DNA of 64,000 nucleotides from Eremomyces bilateralis CBS 781.70 (Eukaryota): NCBI GenBank assembly GCA_010015585.1, contig ML975154.1; one strand, 5' to 3'. Shown piece by piece: positions 51,729 to 63,068 of this stretch (position 1 is its first letter; each line of letters starts with the position of its first letter). The notes under the pieces were generated by a model. It saw only the letters and a program-made list of their open reading frames with translations, ran no database searches and was not told where the DNA came from. The position numbers and the translations under genes were made by a program.

Positions 51729-52673
51729 ATAGCAAGAAAGCGCACACTTGACGGCTTCTTCAAGTCCAAAGGCTTCAAGCCAAACCTAGAGGTTTCGCTG
51801 GAAGATGTCTCAAATCATGCCACATACCCTCACCCCAATCCTCGCGTCCCTCCGTTACTGTCTGAAGCACTTTCATTCTCGTCAGCGTCAGAAGGGAGAG
51901 TGATCAATGACCACCCCGATATAAGCTTGGTTTACTATCAACCTTACATTAACCGCGAGGCATCTAATGAACTATTTAACTTTCACAGAAACAATTTGTT
52001 CTTTTACCGGGTCATATACAACATCAAGCGCGGACCAGTGGAGACCACAATCAACACACCACGTTTTACGACTGTTTTCGGCGTAGATGCAACATCCATG
52101 TTCTCGTCCGAAGGCAGCTTGATCGATTCAGTCACGAAGCAGCCGATTTCAGCGGACAGATACAAGTGCAAGCCACGTCCGAACCCAGCGTGTCTTGACA
52201 AACTACAGGAATTGACCGAAGGTTCAACAGACGAGACATATAACCTCTGCCTTGTCAATTACTATGCCAGTGGAAGCGATAGCATCTCATATCATTCAGA
52301 CAACGAACGTTTCCTTGGGCAGAATCCTGCCATTGCATCTTTCTCATTGGGTGTCGCTAGGGGTTTCTTGATGAAGCATAAACCTATCGCTCCGGGAGAT
52401 GCGGTAGCGACGGCAGTGAATGCAAATCCGCTAAAGTTTTCGTTAATGTCTGGAGACATGCTTTTGATGCGAAGCAAGACGCAATCAAACTGGTTGCATA
52501 GCGTTCCAAAGCGGAAAGCAGAGAGTATTGGGAATGGGAGAATCAATATCACGTTTCGAAAGGCAATGGTACGAGGAGGAACGGAAAACTACTACAAATA
52601 TAATGTTGGATCAGTTCTGGCTTCCAGATGGGACGCTGAACGGAAAGAAATGGTGCCTTTAGCGGTTAAATGA
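51729..52673 (+). CDS. AlkB-family Fe(II)/2-oxoglutarate dioxygenase (ALKBH2/3-like); start codon uncertain
   Basis: TPRFTTVFG, CLVNYYASGSDSISYHSD (HxD), WLHSVPKR, GRINITFR; ATA at 51729 where an ATG is expected. Confidence 0.85.
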   Translation: MARKRTLDGFFKSKGFKPNLEVSLEDVSNHATYPHPNPRVPPLLSEALSFSSASEGRVINDHPDISLVYYQPYINREASNELFNFHRNNLFFYRVIYNIKRGPVETTINTPRFTTVFGVDATSMFSSEGSLIDSVTKQPISADRYKCKPRPNPACLDKLQELTEGSTDETYNLCLVNYYASGSDSISYHSDNERFLGQNPAIASFSLGVARGFLMKHKPIAPGDAVATAVNANPLKFSLMSGDMLLMRSKTQSNWLHSVPKRKAESIGNGRINITFRKAMVRGGTENYYKYNVGSVLASRWDAERKEMVPLAVK

Positions 52674-52728
52674 AATTGAACTTCTATTGGCTATGCAACA
52701 AGTTTGGGGTATCTCAAATGTGTGGACA

Positions 52729-54698
52729 TCAACCGTCAAAACCCTCCCAAGTCTCCTCATCAGGCTGTGTCCGAATCTTCTTTATCATCCCTTCTAACTC
52801 TGTCTGCTTTCTTCGCTCATCCTCCGTCATATTTGCTATTCTCTCCTTTTCGCGCTTATCTTGCTTCTTCTCCCTCCGCTCTTCTTTGACCTGTTTCTTC
52901 TCCTTCTCCTTGCTCCATGAATTCGGTTCTTTTTTCGAATCCCGGAACTTTTTGGCCTTTGGATTCGGTTTCTCCACCCCCAATTCCATCTCTTCTCTCC
53001 GCCGCTTCTCTCTCACTTTGTCTTGGAACGCATATTCTTTCCAATCAATGGTCAGGCCCAAGTTTTTATCTCCCTCCCAGGCCTTCGCTTCTGGCATCCT
53101 GGGTAACCGTAGCAATGCCCAGCCTTCAGCGAGTTCCTTCCAGTCGACATCTTTAATGCGGAAAATGCTCTTGGCATCATGCTCGGCATACGCCCGAACC
53201 CAGCTCACAAATGCTTTCTGAGCTTTTTCGTATACGGCTCTGTCTTGGTATGCCTGGTCCCTCACTGCTCGAATCATTTCCCACTTCTCTTCATCTGAGA
53301 CATCCAGCGTTCCATCTTCAACGCCCTCTACTGGAGAGTCTTGTAATTTGACGACGGGAGTGCCCCTGACAGTCAAGAAAGAGATGTAGTCTTCTTCTCG
53401 TCCAGGGGAAAGAAATATTACTGAGGCTCCTGACCGTCCTGCTCGCCCGGCACGGCCTGCACGATGCATGAACGATGAGCTAGTAGTAGGGGCGTCAAGT
53501 TGCACCACCAGATCCACGGTAGGAATATCAAGCCCTCGAGCTGCGACATCGGTGGTAATGAGCACTGTCGGTTCCATGGCGTTGAGGAATCGCATAAAAT
53601 TTCTCGTCCGCACCTTGGGTGTCATTTTGCCGTGAAGACTGACGAGACCCGGCGAAATTGCGTGCATTCGAGTGGAAACAAGATCGAAAATAGTTGGCAA
53701 AATCGATGAGAAGTAGTCGACGGCAGCGCATGTCGAAACATAGATTATAGTTTTCTGAGGAATGGGGGATATCGAGGAGAGGAGTTTCGCTAATGCCACA
53801 AGCTTCCGATCAGGAGGAGCGATGTGGTAAGTCAGTTGTAGGGATGCCGGTGTCCGGGCCTCTACACCGCGCGTGGATTTGACTCGGACAGTAACCTTGA
53901 CAGGATTCCTTAGGCCAACGCGAATGAGGGATGAAACAGCATCGCTGACACTGGCACTAAATAAGCCCGTGCGTCGCTGTTTTGGTAGCATTCTCAGGAT
54001 TTTCTGCAGGTCTTCTTTAAATCCGAGATCCAGTAATCGGTCTGCTTCATCCAAAACGAGAACTTCAAATGAAGACTGGGGGGCATGGACACGGGGCGAT
54101 GAGAGGAGAGTCACCAGCCGTCCAGGGGTACCAATGAGTACATTTGGAGATAGGCGAAGGAAGTCGTTCAGGTCTTGAGTCGGTGTGGATGTGCCCCCCA
54201 GAACAAGCTGGGGGACGATTTTAGGAACGGACGAAGAGAATACGTGCTGAACCTTCTCCTCTGAGCCACTTTCTCCAGGAGCTTCCTCTTCATCTTCTTG
54301 GTTCAGGAGGGCAGCTGACGGCGGATGAAAAGCAATCAAGGAGGTAAGGACAGCGTGTATTTGCGAAGCGAGTTCTCTGCGGAAACGGTCAGGAGGGTTC
54401 GATATATCAACTCGGATTGAACTTACCGCGTCGGAGAGACAATTATAGCTCCCACATGATGCTTTTTGACGGCTTCATCCAGTCTTAGGAGTTTCTCGAT
54501 TACTGGTATTAAGAAAGCCAGCGTCTTGCCGCTTCCGGTGACTGCCTCGACAACCACATCTTTATTGCCCATGAAAAGTGGAATGGTACTGGCTTGGACA
54601 GGCGTCATGCGACTGAACGAACTGGAAACAGCTTCCAACAACCATTCTGATAAAGGCGGTGACAGCACCTTCCAGGATCTCGTATCTGATGGGCCCAT
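52729..54698 (-). CDS. SPB4: DEAD-box rRNA helicase Spb4/DDX55
   Basis: [25 protein letters not shown] (intron about 54426-54378), [39 protein letters not shown]. Confidence 0.95.
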
Positions 54699-54793
54699 CT
54701 TGAACACATTTCTCTCTCAATATTTAGGATGTGGAGTCCTCAACTCAGATGTTGAAGAAATTTATGATCGCAAGGCAGAAACAAATATATAAG

Positions 54794-54801
54794 GCGATGA
54801 G
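54794..54801 (+). promoter_or_regulatory. PAC-like motif GCGATGAG upstream of SPB4
   Basis: Exact GCGATGAG about 100 nt upstream of a ribosome-biogenesis gene; a single 8-mer could be chance. Confidence 0.35.
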
Positions 54802-54907
54802 GCCACAAATCCATTTCTATGCTGGGCCAGCCACAAGACATGCGGGGTCAATTTGCTAGTGTATTATATATATGAAAACCTTGCAATTTTATCAATAATA
54901 AAGCACA

Positions 54908-54981
54908 GCCTGCGTGGCACAATTGGTCAGCGCGTGAGACTCTTAATCTCAAGGTTACGGGTTCGAATCCCGTCGTGGGTT
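54908..54981 (+). tRNA. tRNA-Lys(CTT), intronless, with weakened stems
   Basis: Acceptor gcctgcg/cgtgggt; anticodon arm tgaga-ctCTTaa-tctca; T arm acggg-ttcgaat-cccgt; downstream T-runs (Pol III terminator). Confidence 0.9.
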
Positions 54982-55392
54982 TATCTTTTTGGCTTTTCTT
55001 TTTGGCCAAGCAGTTTTTATCTTTCCTCTAGGGGCATTCTCAAGTTGGTTTCGATTTGATATGAGTATTTTTGGTGGAGTTGTGGGTAGTACATTCTGCG
55101 GTGCTTTCCGTATTAGATCATCCTGCAATAACATCCATACATGTATCATGGCAGAAGCCTTAACATAGGAGACGAAATTGATAGACCTAAAGTTCGCTTT
55201 CAGCCATTAGGAAGGCGGCTTCTCGTCCTAATCAATGCTTAATGTATTTTTTTTAATTTCAAAAGTCTGCAAATGCTCCATCCTTTGCTGTAATCTGGAT
55301 ACATCAAAAGGGTTGAACAAATAGCGTTTATTGGAATGGCTCATGATTCCATCTACTACGTTACATTGAAGTTAAATATAGAGTAGTGCTTT

Positions 55393-56193
55393 CTATGCAA
55401 ACTTATCATGCTTCCCACGAACTTTGACATCCAACAAAGCCTCATGGAACCCACCATGCCGACGGGCCTTCTTCAGCGTCCGGACCTCATCATCGTTCAA
55501 CTTACGCCCTACCAGCTCCTCCAGTTCTCTCCAGCTGATCTTCTCGTAAGCTTTCTCTGTTTTTGCAACCTGTAATCTCGGCTTAAATCTCGCTTGCATC
55601 CTCACAATGATGGCTGATTGATGGTCGTCTTTCTCAGCACCATCCGCTCTGATCTCCGTCTTGCCCTTGATATCGTCTCTTGCTGCCAGAAAAGTGCTAC
55701 GGCCGGTTCTGAGAACATATCTCGAAGGTGTGTCGGCATCTTGGACGGCCCATCCCTCCTCTAGCCCAACCGCTTCGCGCATTGCTGATAGTAATCCGTA
55801 CTTGTCGCTAGAGAGGTACTTCCCATGACTTGACTTGAAACTGAACTCTTCTCGACCAGCGACTCTTGAGGCTATCCACACTTGTCGCACATCGTCCGGC
55901 TCGACGGTTTTAGGGTTGCCCTCAATGATGTTCTCCGCTTTTAGGTTGAATATAGATCCGGCCGCATCCGAGGAGAGGAGACTTGGTGGGGATGTAGGTA
56001 GGATGAAGATGACAGGCCCGGAAATATCGGATGGGCTGTCGACTGCGACCCATGTATCGTCCCCGACATTTGACTCCTCCTTGGAAACACTCTGCTCATT
56101 GGGGCCTTTGGTCCGGCTTGATTCGGCATCATCCCGTTTGCGCTTCTTGCTGGACGTCTTCTTGTCGCCTTTGAAGGTGAGTGGTTTGACCAT
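55393..56193 (-). CDS. FRG1: FRG1-family protein
   Basis: MVKPLTFKGDKK; EPDDVRQVW; FKSSHGKYLSSDKYGLLSA; VRMQARFKP; FHEALLDVKVRGKHDKFA. Confidence 0.9.
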   Translation of the reverse strand: MVKPLTFKGDKKTSSKKRKRDDAESSRTKGPNEQSVSKEESNVGDDTWVAVDSPSDISGPVIFILPTSPPSLLSSDAAGSIFNLKAENIIEGNPKTVEPDDVRQVWIASRVAGREEFSFKSSHGKYLSSDKYGLLSAMREAVGLEEGWAVQDADTPSRYVLRTGRSTFLAARDDIKGKTEIRADGAEKDDHQSAIIVRMQARFKPRLQVAKTEKAYEKISWRELEELVGRKLNDDEVRTLKKARRHGGFHEALLDVKVRGKHDKFA

Positions 56194-57476
56194 GGTTGAT
56201 TGGAAAGCCTCAAGGACTGTACCAATTGCTTGTGGCCGTATCGTTTTAGACGGCAGATGAAGTTGACTAAGACTCGGTCAACTATTTTGAGTTCCGAGGA
56301 TTTGGATAGGAGCTAGTGAGCACCTAATGGTGTTCGCGTGGAGAGGTTGGAATAAGATTTGGTGGTTGTGGTAGGAAGAGAAGTTGCGGCCAGTGATGGA
56401 TGTGGTTGCTATTTCTGCTGTGGTTGTATGGATACTGCGCTGCGCTCACCACTTTAAGTGCGGGGACAACTTCATCACGGTTCAAACTTCATGCTCCAGC
56501 ATGCTCAAGTTCCGCACGGCTACGGTAGCTAAAGATTATTGGAAACATTAAGTTACCTAAGATATGGAGCATTGAAAAATTTAACCGATTCAGTCCGCGT
56601 CTATGGTGTCGGGCATAGGAATAAATTTCGAGTCGGCTTCAGGATATTAATTACTGGTCACTACATGAATCAACCCATCGCCATTATTCTATATATGGAA
56701 TATCGCCTCCGAATTGACATCAGCCTACCAGCACTCGAGGGTACCAAAGATCTTGCCCTATACTTCAACTCGAAAACAAACCGAAGCTCAACAGTCCTGG
56801 GAGGATAAGGCAACTAAATGAAGGTAACAGGTCATCCGCAATACAGCAGGCGGCCAGGCGCATGGGAAGTTCAGGAAACTACGTCATTTCTGGCCTGGCA
56901 GTATCGGGACTTAGATCAGTTCGCTGAAGGTAATCGTCTCCGGATACTTGAGGACTATTGTCAATCTACCAGAAAAATGGTATCGAATTTCAATTTCTTG
57001 TCCCTAGGCAGTACCTTCTGCAGGGAGTTGCTGGAGGGAAATACCGAATAATACACCATCTTTATTGGCGGGGACTGGGTGTTTTGGTAGATTCTACCAG
57101 AGTTGCCCCAGATGCACATCATCACCCCTCCAACATTTGTCGCCCCACATGCAATCTTTCTTAACCTATCGCAACTCCCCCCCTCCGTCCATTTCCCTTC
57201 AACAAACACTCGCAACCATCCCTTCTTGATGCACATCGTCCTACGCACTTCCTTTTTCCCTACAACCTCCTCTTGCCAATGAGGTAGCGATCATCGCATT
57301 TCGTGGTTGGGTGTGAGACCATTGGATTTGATTGAACTTGTTCCAATATCACCTGTCGTCACCAGACCTGTATTGTCCCAGCTTCACCATCTTGTACGGT
57401 CTTGCGGGCACTTGTCCATCAATATATACCTGTGTCCTCTTCACCGGTCCCAGAAATTTTATCGCCAGCGACCATC

Positions 57477-58417
57477 ATGACACTACACTCACCGCCGTCT
57501 CACCATGCGAGCCATGGTGATCGCCCCAAAGGTATGCGCCGAATACCTTACATATATGCTCGCTGGAGAGGATTTTGAATGCTCACATGCTGCATCTAGG
57601 TATCCTCAAGAAGACATCCTCGTTTGGGTTACCAACACCAAACGAGCCCTCGCCCGCGACCGCGCCAGTCGAGCGTCCCGAGCTAGGCGCACGAGAGATG
57701 TCAGACAAGGAAATGGTATTTCAGAACACGCTTCAGAACGCCGGTCCTCGCCGGACATCATCATCTGGTGCCAGAGGCCCTCCATCACGCCGCCAGTCAG
57801 GCAGCGTCATGGGCGAAAATGCCGATGAAAATAGCCCGAGGCTCAAATGGGACGAGGCCAATCTGTACCTGACGGAGCAGGAGCGAGGCAGCACCATGAA
57901 AATCACCGAACCCAAGACGCCGTATGCGAAACAGTACGACCCGGCCGAGGATGATGAGGAGATTTCCGCGCTGAACGCCGATGAATTGATGGTTGATGAG
58001 TTGGACAAGGCCAAAGCGAAAGCCGGGGCGCGGAAGAAGGAAGAGGATATTCCGCAGTTGGATCTTGGAGAGCCGGAAGACTATCCGATGGAGGCCCACA
58101 CACCGGAAGGTGAGAAGAGAGTCATCGTCGATACGGAGATGATGGAAGATGATGAGGGAAGACATGGCGAGGAGAGTGCGGATATGACTGCCGAGGAACG
58201 AGAGAAACACAGGCAGTTTGAGGAGATGAGAAGGAGGCATTATGAGATGAAGGATGTGAAGAACCTTCTTGGGTAAGTCTAGTAGTTCATATATATAACA
58301 TAAGCACCTCAACTGGAACTAACTGGTCCTAGCCATCCGGAGTATATTCCGGAGGATGACGAGGAAGAGGCTGCACCACCCATGCCGTCACAGAAGATGG
58401 ACATCAATGGCAATTGA
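57477..58417 (+). CDS. GLC8: Protein phosphatase 1 inhibitor-2 (Glc8/IPP-2)
   Basis: PKG|ILKK (SILK-like), RLKWDEANL (RVxF-like), [21 protein letters not shown]; two introns. Confidence 0.92.
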
Positions 58418-58781
58418 TTATCATGCAATACGATACCAAGGCGGAGTTCTGAGAGAGCATTGAATGGGCTTGTGTGTTATGGCAAGTCCAAATACATCAA
58501 ATACATCAAATTAAATTGTTTCCTACGCTGTTCTGCGAGATTCAACCAAGGCGGGAGTCTGGTACAACGAGGCCTTCGTTGGGAGTGCATGTCGTAAATT
58601 CCTTCTCGCCCGACGAGTTTATTCTTTCCCTAGTCTACATTGTCATTGATTATTTTCTTGTGCCTGTTCACTGAGCAATAGTCCCTCGGTGATACTAGCA
58701 CAACCGAAACTGGAGCCTTGCATTCGGTTCGATTCCCTGGCTACCTACGTATGCTAAATCCCCTCTCGTAGCGCACTGACA

Positions 58782-59708
58782 CTACAGTGTGCTTGCAGAC
58801 TTGACGTCTTTCGTCGGCGCATACTTCCCACTGCCGTGCTTGTGGACATCTTCCTTCGCGGCCGTTCTATCTGCCTCAAACTCTTTCATCTCGGGCAAGG
58901 TCTCACGTGAGAGCCAATCACTGATATGGTCTGCTGCGAATCAATATGGAACTTGAAAGGCGAGAATGCATGCGAGCTCACCTGCTTGCCATTGTTTGAA
59001 TTTAAAGACAACACCCTGTACATGTATTAGTGAATTGGAAATTGTCCACAAGCTTGCTTTGCTTACTTCGTGGGAGAAGTCCTCGGCGTTCGACTGATCT
59101 TTGTGGTCTGTTGAACATCAGTCAGAAGCGGTCTTTAGGCTGAGAGTGCTCTAGCCATACATTTCACCTGAATGAAATCAGAGTTGACAGTGCTTGGATC
59201 TAGGCTCAACGTCACCAAGCTAGTGGTTGTTATTTTTTTCGGGATGAGTCGAAAGGTCCGGGTCTGGCAATGATACCCAAGTAAGTATCGTCCGCGCCCA
59301 ACCATGAACATTAGCTGACTAACCTGCATGTTCTTGAACTGAATGAAATCCTTCCCGCTTGCGATGATTTGAGACTCAACATTCTTGCTCTCTTTGAAGA
59401 GCTTTGGAAGGGCAAACCAATAGCCGGCCACCTTGTACCGATCGTTCGCATACACGAATTGGTCATCATAGACGCAATCCGGACTATAGATGAGTTAGTC
59501 ACTAGGTTCGGTGACAGTTCGTGGCGCCCTAGTACGTGTATCGCTTCACTTTTTCCACAGTTGGATCGCAGCTGTAGAGATCAATGATGTCGTCGACCAC
59601 TGCTTGTCTCTCGGCGTCCAGAGGGAGCGACAATAAAGGATCAGGAGTATAGTCATCCGACATGGTTGTTTGTCGCGGTTCGAACTGCTCTCCTGGTGCG
59701 GAAGCCAT
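58782..59708 (-). CDS. Hypothetical multi-exon protein with probable NTF2/SnoaL-like fold
   Basis: Spliced product ..VDDIIDLYSCDPTVEKVKR|YSPDCVYDDQFVYANDRYKVAGYWFALPKLF..IQVKY|HKDQ..; about five short GT-AG introns. Confidence 0.72.
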
Positions 59709-60940
59709 CTTTCAGTATCTCAATAGATATGCGACAAGTATAGGGGATGCACTGGAGAATGCGCCTTTGTTAACGATGGTTGAATAGTCTCGATATCGCA
59801 AATTTCAGGGTATTTGTATGCAGCTGTGTGCAGCTTCCCAAACCTATCGACATCTACGTACATATTCTACGGCTTGTGACGTCAAACTACCATCGTTCGA
59901 TACACCCCCAATGCTCTGGATCACTGGGAAGAAATGAGGTCATTGAACGAAAGACTTAAATGCTGAAATAAGTTACATGTACAGAGAAGACGGAAATGGT
60001 ACTTTGAATGCGATTGAAAGACTTGAAGGTAATCCTAAGAAGGACTCTATTCACCAATTTCTTTGGCTCTAAGCACAACTGTGGGCTATCAGGTCGAATC
60101 TGGAGGGTATCATTGGCGATGTATGACGTCATTCAGCAGGCACTGGAAGAGACCGAGGAAGAACGTCGAACACTGTAAAGCTGGTTTACCGTCTTGGTTT
60201 ATACGAGGCAGGCCAAGACGCTTGCACTGAATATTCAATTCTGGGCTCTCGTTGATAGGATTACTCCAGAGTCCAGACCGTCCAAATCGTTTATACTGCA
60301 CGATGATTCGGAGAGACGAAAGAACGATCCGTACGACATGAGTCATGACTCGGCCCGGTTTATTGTAGCCGACCCCGCAACCTATCCCCCGCATTTCGGG
60401 AAAGCCGTCACATACTTACGCAATGTCACTAGTGACCCTTAACCTATAGCGCCTATACTGTAAGGACTAGACTTGGAAGGGAGGAGCAGGCCCCTTGTCG
60501 AACAGATCTGGATGGATTCAGTAGGCGATGGAGTTTGGGGATTGGATTGATAAATGGATAGTCGTCCCCTCCGGATTTCCATCCAACATTTGGTCCAACT
60601 GCTTGGAAGATCACAGAAGTATAATGATGGAGGAATGAGGGTGGTCGACGATCTGTCGACGATCTTTTGCTGCAGAAGTTCTCCTGCAGTCCCATCAGGG
60701 GTAGACGAATGCTGATTATCATGATCAGCACCACGTTTCTACATAGCCGAGAACTGCCATCGTATCCCCAATTGGGTAGACATGGACATGCTTCCTATAT
60801 ACCATATGCCTCTCCAAGATAAATGCTATTGCCGACTATACATCGATATTCGGTTACAGCTTCAAAACCCACCCTGATCTTAGTCTCCGGTTGAGAACTT
60901 TTCCACTATCATCCTGCCTGAGAGGTAATCGTAGCCCAAA

Positions 60941-62744
60941 ATGGGGCGGCTCATCCCAAATGCGTTCAATTTGATGGTGGTCATCACCGTGGCCCTCGGG
61001 TCCATGGCCTGTTCGTATGGCATGGCAGTCATATCCGCCACTATAGGACAGCCCATGTTCTATACGGACTTGGACTTGACACCCCAAGGAGAACCTGGAT
61101 ATAGTCATACCGCGAACTTGATTGGAGCCATGAATGGCTTGAACTCCGCAGGCAGTGCCCTAGGAGCCGCTTTCACCAGCTGGTCCGCAGATAAATTCGG
61201 GAGGTTGAGAAGCATCCAGATGGGTGCTATCGTCCTGATTATTGGTGCTGGGTTATGTGCCGGAAGTGTCAACGTTGCAATGTTCCTGGTCGCAAGAGTC
61301 ATCGCTGGTTGGGGAATCGGCATGCTCGTCACGGTAAGGCGGTCCAACGCAACACCAAGAGCCGTCTTTGGCTAACCGTCGCAGGCAATCCCCATGTACC
61401 AAGCCGAAGTTTCCACTCCGGAATCCCGTGGGTTCATGGTATCGTTGCATGGAGTCCTTTTCGCCGTTGGATACATGACGTCTGCCTGGATCGGGTTTGG
61501 CGTTTACTTCATCAGCGCATCCGGTTCGACCTCTTCGTTCCCCTGGAGATTCCCTCTTGCCTTCCAAGCAGTCCCAGCCGCCCTGTTGCTGTGCCTCTCC
61601 CCATGGCTCCCATTTTCGCCTCGTTGGCTTTTGCAGAACGACCGGCCGGATGAGGCATACGAGATAATCAAGCGATTACATCATACCAAGGAGAGCACCG
61701 ACGACAGTCAGGTGAAGAGGGAATTCTTCCAGATGAAGAAGCAGCTCGAGTTGGATCGCCAGATCAAAGCAAAGACCGGGAGGTTCGAAGTTTTCGCAAC
61801 TGCTCCCAACCGAAAGAGAGCATATGTTGGCTTCACACTCATGTTCGGAAACCAATTCACCGGGGTTCTTATCGTTGCGAATTATGGTAAGAGGTCCGAG
61901 GATTTCGCAAATCGCGACACCGCAATTAACGGTCCTGAATAGGTGTGCTGCTGTATAGCTCGCTCGGTATGGAGGATTATATGCCGCTTCTTGTACGTAT
62001 AGGCCCCGGAGATGCTTGTCGACGAATTGTACTGACCCATACAACCATAGCTTGCAGCACTATGGGTAACTGCATCTTTCCCAGGCAATGTGTTTACTGC
62101 CTTCTTCGTAGACAAGATTGGACGGCGGTTCTTCTTGCTAACCGGGCTGGCTGGACTTGTTGTGACCAACAGTTTCGAAGCCGCGTTGCAAGCGCAGTTC
62201 CTTGGAACTGACAACACTGCGGGTCAGAAAGCCGCTGTGTTCTTCATATTCCTCTTGTACGTAGTGCAACCCCTTGCCAGAACTAGAAGCCCAGAAACGC
62301 TAACCGATGCTCGACAGTATCTTCTTTTGGTCTACTTTCCTCGATGCGAGCCAATTCGTCTATCTCGCTGAGATATTCCCAACCCACATCCGATCCCAAG
62401 GAGTGGCTCTTGGTATGGTCGGGATGTACACCAGTTCGATCATTCTGCTGGTAGCCGGACCGATCGCGTTGGATGAGATCACGTGGAAGTTTTATCTCAT
62501 CTTGATCATTCCAACAGCATTGCATTTCCTCAACGTGTACTTCTTCTTCCCCGAAACCAAGCAGCGGTCACTTGAAGACATCAACCAGGCATTCGGAGAA
62601 CAGGTGGCAGTGCATTATTACGGAGCGACCGCTGAAGAGGAAGAGGAATATGCAAAGGCAATGGCAGACCTGGAAGTGAACGGTGTGTCTTCCGGGGAAG
62701 ACAGTAAGAAGAAACTTGTTGTCGAGCAAGTCGAAAATGCTTGA
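60941..62744 (+). CDS. MFS sugar-porter family transporter
   Basis: ADKFGRL, YQAEVSTPESRG, PFSPRWL, NQFTG, VDKIGRR, EIFPTHIRS, FFPETK; four introns. Confidence 0.94.
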
Positions 62745-63068
62745 TTGTATCCCTCGCAACGGGATACCGTAACAACCCAGTACAATGGCCGGGTTCTCCC
62801 AGCATAAGAAATGTGCCTCCTTGAGATCCGTCAAATTTTGTTCGTCCCTCTGTTTAAGAAGCAAATAAATATAGATGCTGGACTTGGTTGATGTTCCCAA
62901 CTTTGGTTGGCTGCAGAACCGCTTCGCGCACCCTGAACTCTGAACAATGGCAGCCAAGCACCTTCAACAGGATAAACCGTTCTTGGACACGGGAATCAAG
63001 CCTTCGTTGATTCGACGGGAGAAATTCAAATGGCTAGGAAATGCTGCCAGTGGCGATAGCTGATTGTC

